64,000 nt of DNA from a virus. The notes under the pieces were generated by a model, which did not search any database, was not told the origin of the DNA, and saw nothing but the letters and a program-made list of their open reading frames with translations. The translations under genes were made by a program, and so were the position numbers. The stretch lies in IMG/VR virus record IMGVR_UViG_3300045135_001635, one strand, 5' to 3'. Below, piece by piece: positions 38,836-45,759 of the stretch (positions are counted from its first letter, which is position 1; each line of letters starts with the position of its first letter).

Positions 38836-39659
38836 TGTTGCGTCTTATACTTCTTTTCGTTCCAATGTCTAACCATATCTAATTTCCAATCACCGCCAGT
38901 GTAGTGACAGAACTTAGCTTCCTCAAGGAATTCTTCTTCAGACGCATAATGCGGAGAATCATTCCAAGTTGGGTCAATAGTCTCAACGTCAAAGTCATTC
39001 TTCATAAACTGAGCTGAGATATAAGGTTGGTCATTTTGAATAGACATATGGAAGTCACCGCCATAACACCACTCTTCCCAAGGAGAGAATGTTTCACGTG
39101 CTAATAGACGAGCTTGTTTAGACCATAGTACAACGCCAGTATTCATAATGAATATTTTACTTGGACTGTTCGGTGGCATTACAGGTACGATAGGACAGTC
39201 GTGCATCATAAACTTACGACAGAAGTTTTGATACGTAGATTCTTTATAGTCCCAAGAGTTATATCCACCGCCATTAGCCGTTACATAGTCAGACTCTAAT
39301 ACACCATATACATCCGCACCACTTTCCATAAGATCAAATATGTTTTCATCAGTATTCACTACGATGTCAGTATCAACAAACAATACATTGTCATATTCAT
39401 CAAACATAGGATCTAACCAAGTACGAGCGCATTCGTGTAATAAAGATACGTTACAGCCGTGACCTTTCGTAGTCACTCGCTCATCCCAATAAAAATGGTC
39501 AGCGCCAATCTTATCAGCGTATTGTTTAAACGACTCACGAGATATACGAGCGCACTCTTGATACAAGTCTGCTCGTTTCCATTCACCGATATCACCACGA
39601 CTATTCACCGCTACTTTGTCTGTGGTAATCATATATTGTATAATAATATTTTTAGACAT
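38832..39659 (-). CDS. glycosyltransferase (GT8/GT34-like, DxD)
   Basis: YD.VLFVDTDI, NTGVVLW, DQPYI, WN, HY. Confidence 0.8.
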   Translation of the reverse strand: MSKNIIIQYMITTDKVAVNSRGDIGEWKRADLYQECARISRESFKQYADKIGADHFYWDERVTTKGHGCNVSLLHECARTWLDPMFDEYDNVLFVDTDIVVNTDENIFDLMESGADVYGVLESDYVTANGGGYNSWDYKESTYQNFCRKFMMHDCPIVPVMPPNSPSKIFIMNTGVVLWSKQARLLARETFSPWEEWCYGGDFHMSIQNDQPYISAQFMKNDFDVETIDPTWNDSPHYASEEEFLEEAKFCHYTGGDWKLDMVRHWNEKKYKTQQ

Positions 39660-40152
39660 TCTCTAATCTACTCATTAATCGTTCTGCTCGGTTAGTTACT
39701 TGTTTATGCCAACGACTATCGCGACCTTCTTTAGCAGCTTCTTTCCAGTCACCTACTAATAGCGCAGCATTCATTTTCTTAAATTTGCTAAGACGTGGAC
39801 GTCCCATATTGAACATCATATTCGCTATGATTTCTTGAACTTCTCCTGGAAATTCTTCCCAGTGATCGCCATAAAGAACAATACATTCTTCAATCGTTAT
39901 CTGTAAGTCCATTTCAAACGCAGACCGAACGCGTTCAAATTTAACAGGAGTTCCGACAGGTTGTCCATACTCAATATCATTCTCAGTAATCAAGTGACCT
40001 ACACCAAAAGTTGGATAGCCTAAATGATCTAAGTAGATTTCATAGACAACACCTTCATCTTCGCGAAGTTGTTTGAATAAATTTTCTCTATTTTCTAATT
40101 TCATCTTTCTTTGATCCTTTAGGCATTTTGCCCACTTACTGAGCCAATTCAT
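39652..40152 (-). CDS. lysozyme/endolysin (GH24, T4 e-like)
   Basis: DEG....IY.D.LGYPT.GVGHL, NMMFNMG, F.KM..AL...DW..AA.E..DS.W..Q...RA. Confidence 0.9.
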   Translation of the reverse strand: MNWLSKWAKCLKDQRKMKLENRENLFKQLREDEGVVYEIYLDHLGYPTFGVGHLITENDIEYGQPVGTPVKFERVRSAFEMDLQITIEECIVLYGDHWEEFPGEVQEIIANMMFNMGRPRLSKFKKMNAALLVGDWKEAAKEGRDSRWHKQVTNRAERLMSRLENV

Positions 40153-40826
40153 TAATCATATCCAAGTTCGTGCTTGGCTATTATATAGTCTTTGACGAAG
40201 TCACTTCTTACGATGTCTTCAATTTGGAAATCAATCATATCAAAGTTACCAGTCTTTTCTAATATCTTCATAAACTCGACCATACCAGACTGTTCACGCT
40301 TACCTTTGAAGTCATCCTGACGGAAGTCACCACAAAAGATAATCTTACAGTTAAGACCGACACGAGTAATGATTGAGTCTAATTCGTGGAACGTCATATT
40401 TTGACACTCATCAACAATAATAACTGAGTTATCAATTGTGATACCACGAATGAATGACGTTGTCATAAATTCAACAATAAACTTTTGTTTTAGAATGGAA
40501 TAAGCATCACCGCGTTGGAATAGATTCGCAGCAACATCTTTGTAAGGTTCTTCGTATACCGCTGATTTCTCTTTATCAGTTCCTGGAAGGAAGCCAATAT
40601 CTCGAGTCGGTACAGCAGAACGGATGATTACGAGGTTGGTAAATTCTCTTTCGGTCATAGCACGATAAGCCAAGTAACAAGCGACATACGTTTTACCTGT
40701 ACCAGCAATACCGTGAAGGACTAGATTCTTTTCACTCTGGAACGCGAGTGTTTGATTCTGAGTAAGAGGTTCTATCGTTTGAAGAACTAGCTGATTACCA
40801 GCTAATGAATTACTCTTTTTGGACAT
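40152..40826 (-). CDS. phoH: PhoH-like ATPase
   Basis: GIAGTGKT, IGFLPG, RG.T, DECQN, FCGD..Q.D, DIVRS. Confidence 0.93.
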   Translation of the reverse strand: MSKKSNSLAGNQLVLQTIEPLTQNQTLAFQSEKNLVLHGIAGTGKTYVACYLAYRAMTEREFTNLVIIRSAVPTRDIGFLPGTDKEKSAVYEEPYKDVAANLFQRGDAYSILKQKFIVEFMTTSFIRGITIDNSVIIVDECQNMTFHELDSIITRVGLNCKIIFCGDFRQDDFKGKREQSGMVEFMKILEKTGNFDMIDFQIEDIVRSDFVKDYIIAKHELGYD

Positions 40827-40835
40827 AATAAACCT

Positions 40836-41072
40836 TTAAGTTTTAATAGTATTGTCTTTGCCCGCTTTTTTCTTAATGGCTCCGAGATGTTCTTGCCAAT
40901 CATTTCCAGCCATAGAAAGTGTGGACTTAGTGCCAGAAATCAGACTGGGTGCTGTACCGTAGTAACGTTCCCATTCTGGATTTTGTTCTTTCCAGCTATC
41001 ATATTCAGAGATCCGAAGAAACTTCGTGATAGTCTCTCCGGACTCTGCGTGTTTAAATTCATACTGTGGCAT
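40836..41072 (-). CDS. FmdB-like small regulatory protein
   Basis: MP.YEF....GE N-terminus; typical neighbour of phoH in T4-like phages. Confidence 0.6.
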   Translation of the reverse strand: MPQYEFKHAESGETITKFLRISEYDSWKEQNPEWERYYGTAPSLISGTKSTLSMAGNDWQEHLGAIKKKAGKDNTIKT

Positions 41073-41162
41073 TATTTAATTCAACCTTATTAACCCGATT
41101 ATAACAAAACTCATATACATCAAGAGACTCACATACGCTCTTGAAGAGATGAAATCACCCCC

Positions 41163-41312
41163 TTATCTCGAAACTTCCTGAATAGTTTGGGTTAAGAAAC
41201 TACGCTGTGCAATAAAATTCGTCGTCGTTCGTCGATTTCCTTTTACCGCCGAGGCAAATGACCTCAAAGCGTGTATTGTACCTTTTACTTGTTCTATTTC
41301 ATTGTTCGACAT
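41163..41312 (-). CDS. small hypothetical protein (49 aa)
   Basis: Manual translation MSNNEIEQVKGTIHALRSF...; strong AAGGAG SD. Confidence 0.5.
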   Translation of the reverse strand: MSNNEIEQVKGTIHALRSFASAVKGNRRTTTNFIAQRSFLTQTIQEVSR

Positions 41313-41400
41313 AAAGTCTCCTTATTATTGTTTTAAGAAATTAGATTTTCGCTAAATTGTAGGTTTTTATGGTTGCCCTCCTTAAAAGAATTTTTTTAGG

Positions 41401-41826
41401 TTATTCTGGAATTAGATCTGGTAATGCTTCTTGAACTAATTTTTTAGTCAAGTACTTTACTTGTAAGTCTTTATCTTTCATGCGACAAATTAAGTCTGCG
41501 TCTTTAGGATGAATAGACTCAAGTAATTGAATGAATTTTTGTTCACGTTTGAATGAAGGTAGGTTATCGCCTTTGAACCCCTTTACGAACCAACCAATAT
41601 CTTTATGTCTTTTATGTAAGCTGGATGGGGTGGATTCTTCGCGATTTGCTTCGAACGGTGGTTTGCCTTCAGGCAAGTTGAATTGTAACGAGTCATCAAA
41701 AGTCGCACGTAAAACATCTCTTAATGCCCATGCGTCTTTATATTCGTGAAGGACTTCGATTCGAGCTTTCTTGCTCTTTGCCTTCTCAAACTTTTCGATT
41801 ATCTCATATACTTCTATGCGTCTCAT
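41401..41826 (-). CDS. conserved T4-like hypothetical protein
   Basis: LPEG.PP, KRE..FIQLLE.IHP.DA motifs. Confidence 0.75.
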   Translation of the reverse strand: MRRIEVYEIIEKFEKAKSKKARIEVLHEYKDAWALRDVLRATFDDSLQFNLPEGKPPFEANREESTPSSLHKRHKDIGWFVKGFKGDNLPSFKREQKFIQLLESIHPKDADLICRMKDKDLQVKYLTKKLVQEALPDLIPE

Positions 41827-41866
41827 TTGTTTCTCTCATGATTATTAATGTAAAGTTATCTATAAT

Positions 41867-42181
41867 TCACATATCTTGAATTTTATAGCAACGATATGAG
41901 TTACTGTCTATCTGAACCATGTCACCTTCGACACAAGCTTGGACATACTGTAGTAAAACTCTTTCACGAACTAAGACGTCTTTTCTTAGATTCGAAATTA
42001 ACTTTTTATTATCCTCAAGAGATTGAGTATACTCAACTTCAAGTATCATATACTCAACTTCAAGTATCATATACTCATCGTGGAGGATGTCGTTCTTATT
42101 CTGTAAGTCATTGAGCGCTGGTATTAGTACGAGCAAACAAGACAAAGCGCTTATTGTAGCGACTCTTATTGTTTTGAACAT
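41867..42181 (-). CDS. hypothetical membrane-anchored coiled-coil protein
   Basis: N-terminal hydrophobic segment; internal 7-aa duplication. Confidence 0.5.
   Translation of the reverse strand: MFKTIRVATISALSCLLVLIPALNDLQNKNDILHDEYMILEVEYMILEVEYTQSLEDNKKLISNLRKDVLVRERVLLQYVQACVEGDMVQIDSNSYRCYKIQDM
42028..42077. repeat. 21-bp tandem repeat, about 2.4 copies
   Basis: TATACTCAACTTCAAGTATCA x2 + TATACTCA. Confidence 0.95.
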
Positions 42182-42215
42182 AGATCCCCCTATAATATTA
42201 TATAGGGGAATAATG

Positions 42216-42413
42216 TTACTCAGGAAGCACTTTTACACGTTTTTTTATGAATTTACGACCACTGGTGGAGAACTTCATTGTTCTGAACGGAATGAACTTA
42301 CCACCTTCAGTTTCTTGATAACCGTGTAACGTTGTATTACGGTCAGTTGTATAATAGATAAGATTCTTAGCTTGACCTTTCCAGTCAGTGATTTCAGTTA
42401 GTTTATTGTACAT
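42216..42413 (-). CDS. hypothetical protein
   Basis: ORF in early run; L.EITDW and FS..GRKF. Confidence 0.55.
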   Translation of the reverse strand: MYNKLTEITDWKGQAKNLIYYTTDRNTTLHGYQETEGGKFIPFRTMKFSTSGRKFIKKRVKVLPE

Positions 42414-42636
42414 TTGATACCTGTAATAATTTAGTGTTAAGAACCATATTCTCGACCAAGAGTTTTGTCAACGTAGCAGCAATAATTAACTTATCATCTT
42501 CCATTTCCAAAACGTGTAAAGCCATTAGGCGATATGCTTCGTCTTCGTCGATTTCAACCATACCCCAATCAATAGGGTCGCCGACTTCTACTTCTTTAGC
42601 GATATCGACTAATAGCTCGGCAAGTTTATTGTACAT
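42403..42636 (-). CDS. hypothetical protein (start revised to MYNKLAE)
   Basis: LAKEVE..DPIDWG, A.LTKLLVEN.VLN. Confidence 0.6.
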   Translation of the reverse strand: MYNKLAELLVDIAKEVEVGDPIDWGMVEIDEDEAYRLMALHVLEMEDDKLIIAATLTKLLVENMVLNTKLLQVSNVQ

Positions 42637-42865
42637 TGTCTTCTTCCCAACGATCAATCATATATCGCAACTCAGAAACTATTATACCACCATTTAAGTC
42701 TTCAATCTTTTCTTTAAGTAAAGCGATATCAGAAGCTTCTAATTCGTCAAACGAACTTTTACCAAAAGCATCCTGTATCATATACTCAAGTTGCTCTTGA
42801 ATCTCATAATTAATGATTGAGTCGATCTTATCGATCATTCGGTCGAAACGGTATGTATTACTCAT
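42626..42865 (-). CDS. hypothetical protein
   Basis: ORF with GGAG SD. Confidence 0.55.
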   Translation of the reverse strand: MSNTYRFDRMIDKIDSIINYEIQEQLEYMIQDAFGKSSFDELEASDIALLKEKIEDLNGGIIVSELRYMIDRWEEDNVQ

Positions 42866-42992
42866 AATAATTCTCCAAAGTATTAATTCTCATAAACTCA
42901 ACACACTCGCTCATTGTTCCGCGAAACATTGGGCGAGGGTAACGGTGACGACGCACTTCATAGACGTCTTTAGATACCTTGACGATATGCAT
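42858..42992 (-). CDS. small hypothetical protein (44 aa)
   Basis: Manual translation MHIVKVSKDVYEVRR...; TAATG-coupled. Confidence 0.45.
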   Translation of the reverse strand: MHIVKVSKDVYEVRRHRYPRPMFRGTMSECVEFMRINTLENYYE

Positions 42993-43228
42993 TACTTCAC
43001 CTGTACCTTTTTACCTTGTACCAAACAAGTTGGCGCTTTCTCGGCGCGATACATAAAGACAGAAGCTTCTTTCTTAGCAACGTTAGCCATATACCAATCG
43101 GCTTCCTGAAGTGTCTCTACAGCCTTGCTACGACCGAATACTTCAATACGTTGTAACAACTCTTGAAAGTCTTTACGACCTTCGTTAGACTCAACTACAA
43201 CATCAACTACATACTTAACTAAATTCAT
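42992..43228 (-). CDS. hypothetical early protein
   Basis: Behind early promoter copy D. Confidence 0.55.
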   Translation of the reverse strand: MNLVKYVVDVVVESNEGRKDFQELLQRIEVFGRSKAVETLQEADWYMANVAKKEASVFMYRAEKAPTCLVQGKKVQVK

Positions 43229-43242
43229 AATATATTCCTTAA

Positions 43243-43296
43243 CTCAATTTATACACTAATTATACTTGTTTCAAAACCAAAAGTCAACACTTTTTT
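43243..43296 (-). promoter_or_regulatory. early promoter repeat, copy D
   Basis: TTGACT-17bp-TATAAT with upstream A-tract. Confidence 0.8.
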
Positions 43297-43468
43297 ATAC
43301 ATTAAATGAATATTTTAATCCACTTGTATATTGACGCTCATAAGCGTTGAACAACATACGTTGCTCGACTGTATGCTTTACTTTCGGTGGCTCCATAATA
43401 GGACGGTCTTCACCAAATATCTTATCCCACTTCTTAGAGTTCATTTTAGTACGAGTAACTTTAGCCAT
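43295..43468 (-). CDS. hypothetical early protein (start revised to MAKVTR)
   Basis: AGGAG SD; behind promoter copy E. Confidence 0.5.
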   Translation of the reverse strand: MAKVTRTKMNSKKWDKIFGEDRPIMEPPKVKHTVEQRMLFNAYERQYTSGLKYSFNV

Positions 43469-43482
43469 TTCTACTTCTCCTA

Positions 43483-43535
43483 AATTCAATACAAGTATTA
43501 TACCTGTTTCAAAAACAGAAGTAAACACTTTTTTT
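43483..43535 (-). promoter_or_regulatory. early promoter repeat, copy E
   Basis: TTTACT-17bp-TATAAT. Confidence 0.85.
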
Positions 43536-44199
43536 AAACTTTTTTCAACATTTCTTTGAATTCGTGACATTTTATACATTTACCGCATTTATCTGCGGTA
43601 GCGTGTACGCACGTATGTACGAGCTTTTGAATATGAGGAGGGATAGAGTTCCACTGTTCTAGCTTTGACATATGAGCTAGCGGAGCACTCATCTTAGTTG
43701 GAATGTTTAGTTGAGCTAATACATTCTCTATACTACGAAAGTGATCATCCGCCCATTGCTTGTGTTTGTCACCTAGTCCATCATCCGGCGTACGAAGAAT
43801 ACCACCATTGTAGCCATAGTATATGTTATGTATTTGAGGATTGTTTAGATTGACAAGCTGAGCAATATTAGACCAAGTGAAGATCATTGGAGGAACACTA
43901 GCTCCCCAAAACTCTTGATAATGATCACCAGTGACTTGTCTATCAACTACAGGGTTAGGATTAAAGTACTCTATTATTCGAAGATCGACGTCTAGCGCTT
44001 CAGCTATATTTTGAGCAGCTTGTACTTGTTGTTGCCAAAACATACCTAGCTCTACATGAAAGCATAGAGGTTTAAGACCACGTCTGACGCAATCATGTAC
44101 TAATGCAGTCGACTCGGTTCCGCCAGACAGTGGAATGATACAATCGTACTTAGTCTTTTGGGATGTGTTTGCTGTGGATTTTGCAACCGATGAATTCAT
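43534..44199 (-). CDS. QueC-like PP-loop ATPase
   Basis: LSGGTES PP-loop variant; PL..MSK; C-terminal C...CGKCIKC zinc site. Confidence 0.7.
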   Translation of the reverse strand: MNSSVAKSTANTSQKTKYDCIIPLSGGTESTALVHDCVRRGLKPLCFHVELGMFWQQQVQAAQNIAEALDVDLRIIEYFNPNPVVDRQVTGDHYQEFWGASVPPMIFTWSNIAQLVNLNNPQIHNIYYGYNGGILRTPDDGLGDKHKQWADDHFRSIENVLAQLNIPTKMSAPLAHMSKLEQWNSIPPHIQKLVHTCVHATADKCGKCIKCHEFKEMLKKV

Positions 44200-44572
44200 T
44201 ATAAAAATCTTCTCTTAGTAATACATCATACTGAAACTGTAACTTAGCTTCATAGTATGAACATTCGCCTTTGGTTCTACACAAATGGAGAACCTCTCTT
44301 TTATATCCTTCCCCACCCTGCTCTTTAACTAGCTGCTTCAGTTCTTGGTTAGAACCATAGTACTTCATCCAATCAGATTGGACACGTGTCTTAACTTTAC
44401 GTTTACGTGTTTTGGTAATAGGGAGAGTTTTTGGTTTCCAGAAAAACTTCTTACCGATATATTTCTTACCAGTATCAAGTTCAGTTATCATATAAACAAA
44501 ACCCTGATAATCCTCGAGAAAGGACTCTTCAGGGTTAAATTCTTTTTCTTCGTAAAACCAAGTCATTGGCAC
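44150..44572 (-). CDS. GIY-YIG domain protein
   Basis: GFVY.IT....GKKYIGKK, SDW..YYGS, E...QF..DVL....YN. Confidence 0.8.
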   Translation of the reverse strand: MPMTWFYEEKEFNPEESFLEDYQGFVYMITELDTGKKYIGKKFFWKPKTLPITKTRKRKVKTRVQSDWMKYYGSNQELKQLVKEQGGEGYKREVLHLCRTKGECSYYEAKLQFQYDVLLREDFYNEFIGCKIHSKHIPKD

Positions 44573-44611
44573 ACCTCATATTATTATAAACAATATTTAG
44601 TGTGTTATTAA

Positions 44612-44749
44612 CTAATCTTCTTCAACGTGTTCTGCTTCAACATCTTCACCGCACATAGAGCAGTGACGAGGAACTTCATCCTCATACTTTACTATTACAA
44701 CAGTTTCGATATCGCAGATTGGACATTCAATATTAAATTGCTGTTCCAT
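44612..44749 (-). CDS. small zinc-ribbon protein (45 aa)
   Basis: Manual translation containing CPIC...CSMCG; TAATG-coupled to nrdB. Confidence 0.65.
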   Translation of the reverse strand: MEQQFNIECPICDIETVVIVKYEDEVPRHCSMCGEDVEAEHVEED

Positions 44750-45738
44750 TACGCTACATCCTTTTCAATTTCATCCCAACCAAAGTCATCACCTTCCATA
44801 CCTACAACCGAGTATTCAGTAACACGTTTCTCGAAGAAGTTATCGTGAGACGCGCCATTTAATACCCAATCAAGCCACGGTAGAGGATTATCTTTGACAC
44901 CAAACATAGGCTTCATACCTAATTGTAAAAGACGACGATCCGCAATATGACGAATATATTGTTTCACTTCTTCTTCACTTAAACCAGCAATGTGAGAGCC
45001 GTCATCAGTATTATCTTTATATGCTAATTCGATAAACTTATCTTCTAATGACACAGCATTCTCAGCCATCTTATATATCTTAGATTTTAATTCATCGTTT
45101 ACAATACGCTTATGCTCATCACAGAACGTACGGAACAACTTCGCGTTACCTTGTACGTGTAAAGATTCATCACGAATAGACCACTCAACAACAGTACCCA
45201 TCCCTTTCATCTTACCTTGACGTTGAAAGTTAAGTAGCATAACGAATGAAGCGAATACCGACATCCCTTCGTTGAATACTGACTGCGCTAATGCTAATGC
45301 TAAACCAGTGTTAGTCTTACACTCACCGTCTTTCATAAAGTCAATCTTATCAGCCATTTCCTTATATTCTAAGAACTTATGGAAATCTTCGTCAGGTAAA
45401 CCAAGCGTGTCATTTAATAGAGCATACGCACGTTGGTGTACTGCTTCACGAGCAGCAAACGAAGAAAGCATATTACGTACTTCATTGTTTTTAAAACGAG
45501 GGATTAATAACTCGTGGTAGTTCTCGCCTACTTGTACATCAGACTGAGTGAACAAACGTAGAACGTGAGTTACGAATTCTTTCTCACCGTCGCTTAACTT
45601 TGTTTTCCAATCTTGTACGTCTTCAGAAAGTTCAACTTCGTCTTCCACCCAGTGAACTTCTTCGTGTTTCTTTGATAAATCAACCGCCCACGGATATAGG
45701 AACGGTTTATATGTTTGTGAAAATTTTAATAGAGACAT
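44749..45738 (-). CDS. nrdB: ribonucleotide reductase class I beta subunit
   Basis: D, EAVH..AY (radical Tyr), EG...F.SF, RDESLH, NFFE.RVTEY. Confidence 0.97.
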   Translation of the reverse strand: MSLLKFSQTYKPFLYPWAVDLSKKHEEVHWVEDEVELSEDVQDWKTKLSDGEKEFVTHVLRLFTQSDVQVGENYHELLIPRFKNNEVRNMLSSFAAREAVHQRAYALLNDTLGLPDEDFHKFLEYKEMADKIDFMKDGECKTNTGLALALAQSVFNEGMSVFASFVMLLNFQRQGKMKGMGTVVEWSIRDESLHVQGNAKLFRTFCDEHKRIVNDELKSKIYKMAENAVSLEDKFIELAYKDNTDDGSHIAGLSEEEVKQYIRHIADRRLLQLGMKPMFGVKDNPLPWLDWVLNGASHDNFFEKRVTEYSVVGMEGDDFGWDEIEKDVA

Positions 45739-45759
45739 TTAATAACCTTATTATTTTTA

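Noticed and set aside
43534-44199. 7-deazaguanine DNA modification system
   Set aside because: Only a QueC-like gene is present; no dpdA, folE, queD or queE in the window.
44150-44572. Mobile homing endonuclease or intron near nrdB
   Set aside because: Only 140 aa with no evident DNA-binding extension; nrdA and nrdB are uninterrupted, with no intein or group I intron signatures.
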